32,405 nt of DNA, from the IMG/VR virus record IMGVR_UViG_3300025723_000123, positions 1 through 32,405 of that record. One strand, given 5' to 3'. A program made the translations under genes and the position numbers. The stretch's first letter is position 1. Every line of letters starts with the position of its first letter. This document shows positions 15,257-24,913 of this stretch, one piece after another. Origin of the DNA: a virus. Taxonomy: Duplodnaviria > Caudoviricetes. The notes under the pieces are model-generated. The model saw nothing but the letters and a program-made list of their open reading frames with translations, was not told the DNA's origin and made no database searches.

Positions 15257-15990
15257 GTTGGTGTTCCTGTAGTTCCTGTTCCTGTTTGTACACCACCGTG
15301 AGTATGTGTACTTCCGACAGCTTTTCCATTATTAGTCAAACTACCAGTATTAGCAAAATTACCTGTTTGATTAATATCGCCAGTAATTTGCATTGTGGCG
15401 CCTGATCCGCCTGTAATATGGAATCCAGCGTCACCAGTAATAAGCCCGTGAACAGTTAAATTCCCTGTAATAGTCACTCCAGCGTTGTCAATAACCATTA
15501 CGGTACTGCCGTGTACTACCGTTACCCCTGAAGGTACTAAAGTAATAGTGGTGTTGTTATTGGTGTCACGAATTACAGCGCCGTTAGGGGCGTTAATGTT
15601 TACAGCGTTAGGATCAACGCTAGACCATTTTTTATTACCAATAGGAACGTAAACAAGGGCGCCAAGGTTAAAAGGAAGATCAAGTGGGGCTAACCCTGTC
15701 CCAAGCCCAGTAACACCCCCTAATCGCGCATCCGCAGCGAGGCAAACCCCATAATCGCCAACTTGTACGGGTAATCGTACATAAGTGCTTTGAGCAATAG
15801 GGCAAGTAACGGGAGGGAAAGTAAACTCCCCGCCAGTGTCGATTTCAAAGTTAACCGTAACAATCGACCCATTAACCGCAGTAACTCGGCAAGGAAGCTG
15901 AAATCCAAAAGCTTGTTGATTTTCCTCAAGCTTACTTTGAATAAGGTTTGATATCGATACCGCAAAGGGGGTTTTTTGTTCGGCGCTCAT
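15253..15990 (-). CDS. Baseplate central spike (gp138/gpV-like)
   Basis: OB-fold N-terminus, beta-helix repeats, apex 'HTHGGVQTG' HxH motif. Confidence 0.9.
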   Translation of the reverse strand: MSAEQKTPFAVSISNLIQSKLEENQQAFGFQLPCRVTAVNGSIVTVNFEIDTGGEFTFPPVTCPIAQSTYVRLPVQVGDYGVCLAADARLGGVTGLGTGLAPLDLPFNLGALVYVPIGNKKWSSVDPNAVNINAPNGAVIRDTNNNTTITLVPSGVTVVHGSTVMVIDNAGVTITGNLTVHGLITGDAGFHITGGSGATMQITGDINQTGNFANTGSLTNNGKAVGSTHTHGGVQTGTGTTGTPT

Positions 15991-17000
15991 ATCTGGTTTA
16001 TCGGTGTATTAGGAATAATTGCTTCGATAATAGTAACCCAAGCGTTACCATCAGGCGATCGACTGCTGCCAACATGGTGAATTTTTGTAATAAAAAAAGT
16101 GCCGTTAAAAGCTATCTTATTGCGATATTGAGAGTTGTTATTTACTACGTTCAGTACGGGGATACCCGGTTGAAACGATATGTAATCACCAATATTCAAA
16201 TCGCCGCGCATAACTACTTTAGCTGAAATAGTGTTAATTCCAAGCCAAGTTAAATTGCCAATAACATCTGTAAAAGCAATTTCTTTTGTGGCGGCGGGCG
16301 TAATGGCAGAATCTGTTAAGAAAAACCCTTTAGCGGTGGACGTAATTATTGCACCCGTATATTTGGGGTCTTTTTTAATAGTTCTACTTGCTTGGTTAAT
16401 TTTGGCAGAGAGGCTTAATAAATCAAAATGCTGGGACGGTGCATCTTCTGTATATACAAGACCTGTACTAAAAGAACCTGTAATAGGTGTAGTAGGGTAA
16501 GCGTTTTGTAATGCTTGTTTTACTGCGTCGGTTAATTCAGTGCCTTTTTTCCAATTAAAAGTAATATTTTTAAGGGCGTTTGGATCCACATAGCCCGGCA
16601 CAACTACCAAATCTAAACAAACTTCAGTGCCTTGCCAATTTGCAAAAGCTTGCAAAATTGCACCTTGCACGACGACACCGCGTTGTTTAGGGTTAGCGTA
16701 GGGTAAACCCTTAGACATACCTATTTGAACAATAATTCCGCAAAGTTGAACGGTTTTACCGTCAGCGGAAATAGTAGGGTTTAAGTTGGCTACTTGCCCT
16801 AAAGCTTTTAAATCAATACCCCAAACTTTAATAAACCCATTAGACGCGTATTGATGGTAAGCATTTTGAAAAATATCTAAATCCACGCGTAAGGCTGAAT
16901 AGTTATCATCGCCTAATCCTGATTGCGAGCTATAGCTAAACGCTTTAAAACGAGTTGGGTCTTGTAACGGCGGAGTAATAGTAATGTCGTAAAAACGCAT
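15987..17000 (-). CDS. Baseplate hub protein
   Basis: 337 aa upstream of the spike; C-terminal 'F.GTFFITKIHHVGSSR....W.T.IEA'. Confidence 0.75.
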   Translation of the reverse strand: MRFYDITITPPLQDPTRFKAFSYSSQSGLGDDNYSALRVDLDIFQNAYHQYASNGFIKVWGIDLKALGQVANLNPTISADGKTVQLCGIIVQIGMSKGLPYANPKQRGVVVQGAILQAFANWQGTEVCLDLVVVPGYVDPNALKNITFNWKKGTELTDAVKQALQNAYPTTPITGSFSTGLVYTEDAPSQHFDLLSLSAKINQASRTIKKDPKYTGAIITSTAKGFFLTDSAITPAATKEIAFTDVIGNLTWLGINTISAKVVMRGDLNIGDYISFQPGIPVLNVVNNNSQYRNKIAFNGTFFITKIHHVGSSRSPDGNAWVTIIEAIIPNTPINQI

Positions 17001-17001
17001 T

Positions 17002-17274
17002 TTATGGGTTTATTTCAATATTGTTGCTACTAGCTCTGTAGACTAGAGTTGAAGTTTGAAAATACCCAAACGCCAAATTAATGTCGTAATTATCTGGTGA
17101 AGCTGTCAATGGTCTTGAAAAAATTAAATTACTATTGTTGTCATAAATATTGACGTAGTATCTTTGTCCGTAAAGATTCCATGTGCAAATTCCAACGTAA
17201 TTTACTCCGTCTAAAGTTGGATTAAATTGAAAATTAGCGAACGGAGTAGGATTAAATCTAATTAATGTTGTCAT
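17002..17274 (-). CDS. Baseplate plug-like small protein
   Basis: 'QF..TLDGVNY....WN..GQRYYVNIYD'; position. Confidence 0.7.
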   Translation of the reverse strand: MTTLIRFNPTPFANFQFNPTLDGVNYVGICTWNLYGQRYYVNIYDNNSNLIFSRPLTASPDNYDINLAFGYFQTSTLVYRASSNNIEINP

Positions 17275-17276
17275 GA

Positions 17277-17915
17277 TTAATCCGCGTAGTAATTAATATC
17301 TGTAGGAATTTGCGGAGTTGGCGTTTGTGTCCAAGTAGCCGTGCTTGGTAATCCATTAGATACTTTATTCATCAACGACCCTAAAATGGATTGCGATTGA
17401 GAAGAAGTAATTAATGGTTGCGTAAAATCCCATTGATACATGAATTGCACTTGTTTATCCCCCGGTGGGCTTATATCCCTAATTGAGGTTAATAAACAAT
17501 TTGCATAAGCAAAAGCAGGGGTTAATACGGTAAAAGTGCCGCCAGTGCTAATATGTTTTTGAATACCAAATTGCAACGCAGTCAAAATCGCTTGTTTAAT
17601 AATTAAGCCGCCGTGAGTTTGAGCAGGGCAAACCATTAGCATGCTGATATCTAAAGGCTGTTGAACTACCGCGTTTGCGGCTGTAGCAAAGTTAGCAAAC
17701 GGATATTCAGCTACTTGCCATTTAGCCAATGTGCTTCCGGGTAATGGTTTGTAATGAGCAAAAAACTCACCGTTTTCAATACCGGGTATGTCTAATATTT
17801 CTGTTATTAAAGTAACAGGTGCGAATCCACCTAAATAATCAGCAAGTCCGCCTACTAGCCAAATAGGGGCTATTTCAAAAGCGGCGGAGAATGCGGTCTG
17901 TCCAAAAGAAGCCAT
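17277..17915 (-). CDS. Tail tube initiator/Dit-like protein
   Basis: Follows the tape measure; 'VAEYP', 'AVVQQP', 'FTVLTP...Y.NCLLTSI'. Confidence 0.7.
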   Translation of the reverse strand: MASFGQTAFSAAFEIAPIWLVGGLADYLGGFAPVTLITEILDIPGIENGEFFAHYKPLPGSTLAKWQVAEYPFANFATAANAVVQQPLDISMLMVCPAQTHGGLIIKQAILTALQFGIQKHISTGGTFTVLTPAFAYANCLLTSIRDISPPGDKQVQFMYQWDFTQPLITSSQSQSILGSLMNKVSNGLPSTATWTQTPTPQIPTDINYYAD

Positions 17916-17920
17916 AGTTA

Positions 17921-19450
17921 TTACCTTTGTTTTCCTGCCATTGTTGCGGCTTTCTGACTTACGCCATCGCCGGTATTAACATAAATATCTGTTCTATTAG
18001 GGTTAAATAATTCAAGATGATTAGGGTCTTTAGCGCCTAATGGTCTATATAAGTTATAAGTTTCTTTAAGTTCATCTTCAGTATGCTTAGATAGAAATTG
18101 TTTTAAGCTATACATTGACACATCCACAGCGTTGCCACTTATATGGTGACTTCCAGCGCCAGCAACAGGTCTACCTTCTGCGGTATACCACTGTCCGTTT
18201 ATTTGATATTTCTTTAATGCTTCTTCTTGCGCTAAAGTTCGTTGTCCGCTAATAGGAGTTAAATCCGCCATTTTAATAGAGGCGGCTAATTTTTCGTTAA
18301 CACCTTGCAAGATTGCAGCGTTGCTATCTTTACTGCTTTGTGCGGCGCCTTTAACAGCATAATCGGGCATCCACCAAGGTACTTCTTTTTTAGTTTTGTC
18401 TATATCTTGCGGCGTTACTTGATTTTTCTTATCAACTAAACCAAAAAATACGGCTGCGTTATAAGTAGCTTCACCTAATCTTTCAAGTGCAGTCAAAAAT
18501 ACTTGAACATCTTCTTTTAATTTAGGCGAAGATAAATAGTCTGCAAAATCTTCAAGCGCTTGTTGAGTTTTTTTACTGCTTAAAAAAGCGTCTAAAGCGG
18601 TTGCAATAGCTTGAGTTAATTTGCCTAAAGGTTCTGTTAATTTGTCTAAGTTTTTAATTAAAGAATTTTCAATGACATTTCCAGCTTCTTTAATTTTTAC
18701 CCAAAACTGTCTAAAAGATTCGTATTTTGATTCATCTACAGCAAAGTTTTTATCCCCTGTTCTTAAAGAAGAAATCAACCTTGCAAACTCTTCGGGTTTC
18801 ATGTTTCCAACAGTTTGTAATTGTTCCTCACTCATCACATCTTGTAAGCCGGGCGTTAATGCTCGAGCTACATCAACATTTCCGCCAGAGGCTTTTACAG
18901 CTTCTCTAGCTTTAGTAAGGATATCTGGAAGATTTTGGAAAGCGTTTTTGTTTAGGTTTCCGCCTAAAATGCCAACTTTGTATTGCTCAGTAAGTGTAGT
19001 TTGTAACCTTTGAATGTTAGCCATTACACCTTCAATACCGCCAAGGTAGGGTTCGCCATAAGTTCTAGCGGCTCGCAATTGTGACGTATTAACGCCAAGC
19101 CCAGTAGCCTCTCTACGCAAATTACTTGCACCAGCAGCTAACCCACCAAGACCAAACCCGCCGCCGATTGCACTGTAGGTAAGCCATTTAGCTGCGGAAA
19201 GCGCAGCAGAAGCCATATTTGACGCAATTGAAGCTGTATGACCTACAGCGTTCTTTAACGATTGACCGCCATCAGAAATTGCTTTATTAAAAGCTTTTTG
19301 ACGTTTTTCGGCTTCTTCTAATGTCTTGTTAACTTCTTTCCATTTTTTGGATTGTTCGTCAACAGACTTTTTATACTTTTCAAAAGCGGCTTGAAACGCT
19401 TTAAATTTTTCGTCTAATACATCTATTTCAATTACTGATTTTACTGTCAT
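17921..19450 (-). CDS. Tape measure protein with C-terminal M15-like peptidoglycan peptidase domain
   Basis: Helical Ala/Lys-rich body; C-terminal 'SGQRT..QE.L', 'SHHISGNAVD', 'DPNHLE'. Confidence 0.85.
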   Translation of the reverse strand: MTVKSVIEIDVLDEKFKAFQAAFEKYKKSVDEQSKKWKEVNKTLEEAEKRQKAFNKAISDGGQSLKNAVGHTASIASNMASAALSAAKWLTYSAIGGGFGLGGLAAGASNLRREATGLGVNTSQLRAARTYGEPYLGGIEGVMANIQRLQTTLTEQYKVGILGGNLNKNAFQNLPDILTKAREAVKASGGNVDVARALTPGLQDVMSEEQLQTVGNMKPEEFARLISSLRTGDKNFAVDESKYESFRQFWVKIKEAGNVIENSLIKNLDKLTEPLGKLTQAIATALDAFLSSKKTQQALEDFADYLSSPKLKEDVQVFLTALERLGEATYNAAVFFGLVDKKNQVTPQDIDKTKKEVPWWMPDYAVKGAAQSSKDSNAAILQGVNEKLAASIKMADLTPISGQRTLAQEEALKKYQINGQWYTAEGRPVAGAGSHHISGNAVDVSMYSLKQFLSKHTEDELKETYNLYRPLGAKDPNHLELFNPNRTDIYVNTGDGVSQKAATMAGKQR

Positions 19451-19466
19451 GTTGTGTTCCTAGTAA

Positions 19467-19640
19467 TTAAAATAAACTTTTAGATTTAATAGCCCTAATT
19501 AAGTACCGTTGGCGATATTCTGAAGCATCTTCCCATTTAAACCCTATTTCTTTCATAAACTCGCCAAAATTTATGTAAGTAATATAGTCTAGGATACTAT
19601 GGATGATCCCTTCGCCTTCTTGCCAGTAGTTTCTTTTTTG
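19467..19640 (-). CDS. Probable -1 frameshift extension of the tail assembly chaperone (G-T type)
   Basis: Open -1 frame ...EGIIHSILDYITYINFGEFMKEIGFKWEDASEYRQRYLIRAIKSKSLF* fills the chaperone-TMP gap; candidate slip site CAAAAAAG. Confidence 0.6.
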   Translation of the reverse strand, partial: QKRNYWQEGEGIIHSILDYITYINFGEFMKEIGFKWEDASEYRQRYLIRAIKSKSLF

Positions 19641-20173
19641 GTCAATATCGGCAAACCATTCATGTACTCCGTACAGTCCGAGAACGTAAGTTCCCAGTTT
19701 CGCAACGCACCTGCCATCTCCAAGAAAGAATTTTTCAAGTCTTTCGGTGCAACCTTGGAGATTGCTGTAAAAAAAATTAATGAGCTTAAAGCTTCTGCTT
19801 CTTCATCCTCATTTAAAATTTCTTTTTTTACTGCCGTATCAAACGGAATAGTTTCCCATCCATGTTCGGTACTTATTGCTACATTGGTTAAACGAATAAT
19901 TTCGTTTACCAATCCGAATTTAACTCCACCTGCCCCGTCCCAGTTACCCGCCTTAGTCGCAATTGACTTTAAGGCTGGGTAAGCTAGTTGGGGTGCGGAT
20001 AAAGCTAAATGCGCTTGATTAATACTATCAAAACACTGACTAAATACTTTTCCTAATTCTAAATAAAATTGTTCAAATACAGATCGACTGATAGAAGTGG
20101 AGTGAATATGAACTAAACCATTTTTCTCAGTCTGCACCTGCATCACAAGGGACAGATTACGATCGATTTTCAA
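19589..20173 (-). CDS. Tail assembly chaperone
   Basis: Position between tube and tape measure. Confidence 0.7.
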   Translation of the reverse strand: MKIDRNLSLVMQVQTEKNGLVHIHSTSISRSVFEQFYLELGKVFSQCFDSINQAHLALSAPQLAYPALKSIATKAGNWDGAGGVKFGLVNEIIRLTNVAISTEHGWETIPFDTAVKKEILNEDEEAEALSSLIFFTAISKVAPKDLKNSFLEMAGALRNWELTFSDCTEYMNGLPILTKKETTGKKAKGSSIVS

Positions 20174-20187
20174 TTTTTAGCCTTTCA

Positions 20188-20631
20188 TTAGGAAGCTGAA
20201 TACATAGTAGAGTTAATGTTATAGACACCGCGCAAGCGAACAATTAAGCCAGCTTGAGTACCATCAAACGAAGTTTCTTGAACGCTCATTAAAACACAGT
20301 TATTTAACTGAAACGGGGACAATACTTGAGTGTCTGGATAAACCGTTACAGAACCTAAAGTAGTGGCTGTTTCAATTTGTGTCTTATAAGCGTTACCAAG
20401 AGCTTGCGTTCTTAGTAAGTGCATAGTAACGGTTCCATAAATATATGGCTCTGGGCTGGTTACTGCGCCAGTTAAAGTGCCAATAAGTAAAGATGTGTCA
20501 CCATCAAAAGCCAAACTAATTGCTTCTCTAGCCAAATAGCCAGAAGTCACGTTTAGTTGGGTATAGTCGGCGTAAACAACACTCGCTAGTAGTCTATTTA
20601 ATGTGCCTTGTTGAATTTGAGGATTAGCCAT
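20188..20631 (-). CDS. Tail tube protein
   Basis: 147 aa immediately after the sheath; 'MANPQIQQGTLNRL'. Confidence 0.8.
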   Translation of the reverse strand: MANPQIQQGTLNRLLASVVYADYTQLNVTSGYLAREAISLAFDGDTSLLIGTLTGAVTSPEPYIYGTVTMHLLRTQALGNAYKTQIETATTLGSVTVYPDTQVLSPFQLNNCVLMSVQETSFDGTQAGLIVRLRGVYNINSTMYSAS

Positions 20632-20640
20632 TATTTACTC

Positions 20641-21936
20641 CTAGACTGGAATGTTAGATGCGGTTAAGTAAATAGTGATTTGTGTGAAACCTCTTGCTGG
20701 TACGAAAGTTAAACTTAAACCGTTATATGTTCCAGTTGCATAATCACCGGGGTGTTGAGCAACGTAAGTTGTAAACGGAACAGCTTGAACTGTTGCAGGA
20801 GATAAAACCAAACCAAAAGCGATACCGTTATTAGTGGTGGCTTGTGCGACTTTTTGCAGTGTATTAATACCAGCTTGGTTATAGTACAAAGGATTAGTCG
20901 GCAAATTGCTACCGTTAATAATTGCGTTAGCTAAAGAAAGCTCAACATTGATCGCCATCCAATCTACTGAATACCAGTAGTTAAATGGATTTAGATCCAT
21001 GAAGGTTCCCCAGAAGATTACTTTATTGCTAATACCGCCTTCTGCACCTGTACCGATCCAGTTAACGCCAGCGGCTTTTAATTGGGTCTGTAAAGTGTTA
21101 GTTAAAACATAAGGGGTAACTGCATAAACAAAAGTAAATGCTAATGGATGAGCTAAATTGCTTGCGCTTGGGTTATAGCTTAAAGTAGTCCAGAAAATAG
21201 CTGCGGCGCTAAATTCAGTTACAGGTGCGCTTGGGCTTTGAACTGTTGCAAATACTGACTTATAAGTTTCCCAGTTAGTATAGGTTGCAATTGTTGTAGT
21301 TACATAAAAATATAACTGAGCAGTAGTACCTGTATAGGTGTTAGCCATAGCCCATGCAGTTGGTTCTGTATCCCAAGTTTTTGGTAACAGATAGCTGTAA
21401 AAGCGAATGGTTGGACTTACGATATATGCGTTTAAAGCGGTAACGCCTTGCGCTGGTGTACCTACACCTAATTCAAGAATATAAACTGCTTGGTTAGCGC
21501 CTTGGGCAAAGAATGTTGTAGTCATCGCTACTAATTCTTGAACATCTTCCAAAGTTACGACACCTTGAGTTGTTACAACGCCGGGTGATCCTGCTAATAC
21601 ATAGGTAAATGTATTAGTACCAGTAGAAGTTGCGTTAACTGTTCCGTTATATGCAGTTGGGATTACGCCAGCGATAATGACTTCAACAATATCGCCAGTT
21701 GGGATACCGTGTGGAGTTGCTGTTGTAACAGTGACTGTACCAGCGCTTAACACCATAGTAGAGATAGTTGTAGCACCTCTTAAAATGCTAGTTAAATCGC
21801 TTACTTGGGTTAAAAGCTGAGTTGTTCCTGCCGCTAAGGTAGTTCCACCTTGCGATACAAACGCGCCGGTCTGTTGCAGCTTAGACGGCGCAGGTGCTAC
21901 CTGTTGGGTAACACTGACATTAACAATATTTGGCAT
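20641..21936 (-). CDS. Tail sheath protein (DUF3383-like) with an inserted beta domain
   Basis: 'NIVNVSV', 'FFAQG', 'YWYSVDWMAIN', 'PLYYNQAGINTL'. Confidence 0.85.
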   Translation of the reverse strand: MPNIVNVSVTQQVAPAPSKLQQTGAFVSQGGTTLAAGTTQLLTQVSDLTSILRGATTISTMVLSAGTVTVTTATPHGIPTGDIVEVIIAGVIPTAYNGTVNATSTGTNTFTYVLAGSPGVVTTQGVVTLEDVQELVAMTTTFFAQGANQAVYILELGVGTPAQGVTALNAYIVSPTIRFYSYLLPKTWDTEPTAWAMANTYTGTTAQLYFYVTTTIATYTNWETYKSVFATVQSPSAPVTEFSAAAIFWTTLSYNPSASNLAHPLAFTFVYAVTPYVLTNTLQTQLKAAGVNWIGTGAEGGISNKVIFWGTFMDLNPFNYWYSVDWMAINVELSLANAIINGSNLPTNPLYYNQAGINTLQKVAQATTNNGIAFGLVLSPATVQAVPFTTYVAQHPGDYATGTYNGLSLTFVPARGFTQITIYLTASNIPV

Positions 21937-21949
21937 TTTTGCCCCCTAA

Positions 21950-22264
21950 TTAGATGTAGCTAATTGCTAAAGTTTGACCAGTACCGGGGCTTACAACAAT
22001 ACCGTTAGAAACTGGGAAATCAATATTAACAACACCAGCAGTTGCAGGAATTACAGCAACTTCATTAGCTGCGCCGGCAGCGCCAGTTGTAGCTGCGTCA
22101 TAAACAGAACCAGCGCCAGAACCGGCGACAATAACGCTAATTTTAGCGATACGACCTGCTGTTGTTTTGACAACAGTGGTAGCTGTAATGTTAAAAAATA
22201 CTTTTTGACCTTGAGCTGTCAATAACGCGCCATTTTGAACGGTTGGATTGGTAACGATTGCCAT
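21950..22264 (-). CDS. Small beta-sandwich virion protein
   Basis: 104 aa, strong SD AAGGAG, 'DFPVSNGIVVSPGTGQTLAISY'. Confidence 0.7.
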   Translation of the reverse strand: MAIVTNPTVQNGALLTAQGQKVFFNITATTVVKTTAGRIAKISVIVAGSGAGSVYDAATTGAAGAANEVAVIPATAGVVNIDFPVSNGIVVSPGTGQTLAISYI

Positions 22265-22302
22265 TTGAAACTCCTTTTTTACACTAAGTTAGGGATAACA
22301 AC

Positions 22303-22330
22303 ATCTTACTACGAAATTTTACTACGGCAA
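22303..22330 (-). promoter_or_regulatory. Possible sigma70 promoter for tail genes
   Basis: TTGCCG-16nt-TAAGAT on the minus strand. Confidence 0.4.
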
Positions 22331-23317
22331 GCTATTATGTGGGGTAATTGTGATAAATGCGTGTTCAATTAATTTTCTTGCAATGTCATTTACCGTGGTC
22401 TGATAATAGCTAACTTCAAAAGTAATGGTTTTCTTTTGGGCTATGATGCCCATTTCAGGTTGAGTAACTTTCTCGTCCTGCATTATTGGCATATTCATCA
22501 AGCCAATATTGTCCGTATTTCGACTGTAATCTAAGATATATTGCACAAAATTAAGGGCTTCTTGGTTACGAACACCAAAAAGTTCAATTTTTACGATATC
22601 TTTAGTTAGTTGAAACGGGTTTGAATTAGGGTCTAAAAGCGGAAAATCTTGTATCGCTGTAGTCGGATTAATATCCACTGAAGCATAAACTGGCGGCAAA
22701 TTTTGCTCCACTAAGTATGATGGATACATAGGGAAAAACTGGTTCAAACTTAGCCAGATTGGAAGGCTATTGGAAACAATTACGCTGGTAGTATCGAATC
22801 CTGTCATGGAATCGATAACCTGTGTATTCATGATTGAATACAGCGTATCTCCACGATAGTGGTATAAATCAGCCTGTTTATAAAAGTTTTCGCGGCGGCT
22901 AAAAGCGTATTTATAGCCATCGTAGTTGGCTATATACAAAAATTGAGGGTTTACAAGATTAAAATCTTGAATTTCTTGAAGTGAAGTAAAAATCACATGG
23001 TTATAAACCGTGGTTCTTTCAGCCAATTGATGAATTTCTTGGTTGACGTGAAATGAACCTTGAGCAACTAACTGTCTTGCGGGGACGCCTTCAGGGTAAT
23101 TGTCATACAAAAGCTTGTTATATTGCGACGCATTATAGAGCGCTGAGTCTGTTAAAAGACTAGCGTTTACCCAAAAAACATACCCGTCCAAAGGCAATAC
23201 CATTTTTACATAAAGTGTAAAAGTGACTTGTTCATTACCGGATAAAGTTTCTACGCCTTGAGCTAAACCAGCGCCAAGTTGCGGTTTTGCTGTTGCGGCT
23301 TCTATTGCAGATGCCAT
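22322..23317 (-). CDS. Neck protein (head closure/tail terminator-like)
   Basis: 'FTLYVKMVLPLDGYVFWV'; position before the sheath as in Bcep781-like phages. Confidence 0.65.
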   Translation of the reverse strand: MASAIEAATAKPQLGAGLAQGVETLSGNEQVTFTLYVKMVLPLDGYVFWVNASLLTDSALYNASQYNKLLYDNYPEGVPARQLVAQGSFHVNQEIHQLAERTTVYNHVIFTSLQEIQDFNLVNPQFLYIANYDGYKYAFSRRENFYKQADLYHYRGDTLYSIMNTQVIDSMTGFDTTSVIVSNSLPIWLSLNQFFPMYPSYLVEQNLPPVYASVDINPTTAIQDFPLLDPNSNPFQLTKDIVKIELFGVRNQEALNFVQYILDYSRNTDNIGLMNMPIMQDEKVTQPEMGIIAQKKTITFEVSYYQTTVNDIARKLIEHAFITITPHNSLP

Positions 23318-23793
23318 TATTCAACCCATCCTTTTAAAGAGCGCTCAAAAATGCCTGTATCAATAAACGATGGACGGCGAACACCTGTAATCACTTTTTT
23401 AAATTTTTGACCTTTTCGCACTTTGGTAGGTGTTTTACCGCTTACCGTGCGAGTATTAATACCTTCTAAAGCGGCTTTAGTTGGAATGCCATATTCACCG
23501 TATTTTCCTGCGGTTCGTTCAATTTCTTGAGAAGTCAAAAAATTGTGCATTTTATCGGTAATTTCTTCGCCACTAACCGCAAAAACATCTTTTATAGCTA
23601 CTGGCAGACCTTTTTCCATCATATCAAAACCAATAACCGCATCTTTAGCCAATAAATCGGCAATATCTTTTTGATGAGCGTTATAAAACATCGAAAATAA
23701 GCCGTAGCGTTGTTCGAGGTCTTTCCCTACAGTGTAAGTAGTTCCCCCTGCTAATTCAGGAACGTCTATTACGCCGAGATGCAACTTAATCAA
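23317..23793 (-). CDS. Neck/tail-completion protein
   Basis: 'LHLGVIDVP', 'PTKAAL', 'RPSFIDTG..ERSLKGWV'; likely TTG start at 23793 overlapping the upstream TGA. Confidence 0.7.
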   Translation of the reverse strand: MIKLHLGVIDVPELAGGTTYTVGKDLEQRYGLFSMFYNAHQKDIADLLAKDAVIGFDMMEKGLPVAIKDVFAVSGEEITDKMHNFLTSQEIERTAGKYGEYGIPTKAALEGINTRTVSGKTPTKVRKGQKFKKVITGVRRPSFIDTGIFERSLKGWVE

Positions 23794-24248
23794 GTCAAGC
23801 CCCAAAGTGTGCCAAGCTGTTGCATATATGACAGCGCTACGCGCCCGTAAGGGTCTTTAATACGTTGTAAGTCTAATAAGCTTAGATCACGCAACCCATG
23901 ACCTACAGAAAGCGATTCATTGGTGCTTACGTCGCCCGCGGAGTTAATTACACCAGCAACAAAGTTATTGATGCCGAACTGAGCGCGTAATTGCGTGAAA
24001 TAAGTCTGACCGGGATAATCTTGCTGAAACTGTAATAGTTGGCTTCCTGCCCAGTTATAAACTGTCAAAGTATAAATATCAGGTACGGTTGCGGCGAAAT
24101 CGGTTGGTACGATATCTAACGCAACGACATACGCATAATTCCAACCGGGATCAGTAGGGGACATAGCGGTAGTGGGTATTCCCATCACAGCTTGCGCCCA
24201 TGCGATAAAACCAGTTAATGAAGGTGGCGAAACAATTGGATCAGCCAT
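23790..24248 (-). CDS. Head-tail adaptor (DUF4054-like)
   Basis: 'GVINSAGDVST', 'KDPYGR..L'; position. Confidence 0.7.
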   Translation of the reverse strand: MADPIVSPPSLTGFIAWAQAVMGIPTTAMSPTDPGWNYAYVVALDIVPTDFAATVPDIYTLTVYNWAGSQLLQFQQDYPGQTYFTQLRAQFGINNFVAGVINSAGDVSTNESLSVGHGLRDLSLLDLQRIKDPYGRVALSYMQQLGTLWGLT

Positions 24249-24284
24249 AGAACCATCCTAGAAATGTTTTCTATATTCTAAAGC

Positions 24285-24306
24285 AAAAAACTCCCCGAGG
24301 GGAGTT
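24285..24306 (-). terminator. Intrinsic terminator
   Basis: Minus strand AACTCCC-CTCG-GGGAGTT then TTTT, right after the stop at 24312. Confidence 0.85.
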
Positions 24307-24311
24307 CTTTT

Positions 24312-24818
24312 CTATTTACTTCTGGGTCTACCACGTCCTTTTGGCGCTTCACCTTCGTGAATTACCTCAATTTTTTGGTCAAATTTTTCAGATTGATCTG
24401 CGGCATTCTTTTTATCTTCCGTAACTTCAAACTCAATTCCGCCTTTTTGCTTAATTCCCATTTCTTGAGCTTTTAAAGAAATGATTTGATCTTGCGCTGC
24501 GGCAGTGATGCTACGAGCTTCTTGAGCACGGTCAATATTTTCTTGATCGGATTGGCTAATACCCGCTTCAATAGCTTCTACGCTAATTGGCTTTCCAATA
24601 CGATAGCAAAGTCCACCAAAGCCTTTTTTAACTTTAGTTACTTCCATGATTCCGTATGGCTCATGCTGCTTAATAATGGCATCAGCTTGAAGTTGATCTT
24701 GAACTAACTTAATTTGCGCTCCAGCCCGGATTTTATGAGAAAACGGTCTGACATTCTCAGGCAACATGTAAGTGAATAAAAAATCTTGTTTACTGCAATT
24801 GGCTATAAATAAGTCCAT
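24312..24818 (-). CDS. Conserved hypothetical head-region protein with a C-terminal AT-hook-like motif
   Basis: Between capsid and adaptor; ends 'PKGRGRPRSK'. Confidence 0.75.
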   Translation of the reverse strand: MDLFIANCSKQDFLFTYMLPENVRPFSHKIRAGAQIKLVQDQLQADAIIKQHEPYGIMEVTKVKKGFGGLCYRIGKPISVEAIEAGISQSDQENIDRAQEARSITAAAQDQIISLKAQEMGIKQKGGIEFEVTEDKKNAADQSEKFDQKIEVIHEGEAPKGRGRPRSK

Positions 24819-24913
24819 TTATTTCTCCCAAAAGGGTGGGAAGCCGATGATGCGGGGTCTTTTGAACCCCCGGCTTCCCATAGAAAAGTTCCCAGCATCA
24901 CTTGGGTTCTAAC
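24819..24913 (-). ncRNA. Putative structured cis-regulatory leader RNA (pseudoknot)
   Basis: P1 CCCA/UGGG with a loop containing UGAUGC; P2 UGGGAAGCCG/CGGCUUCCCA; P3 GGGGUU/GACCCC; bulge GCAUCA complementary to the P1 loop. Confidence 0.6.

Noticed and set aside
24844-24890. Hammerhead ribozyme on the plus strand (CCGATGA...GAAA)
   Set aside because: The core would need CUGAUGA and a correct three-stem junction; wobble pairs favour the minus-strand fold.
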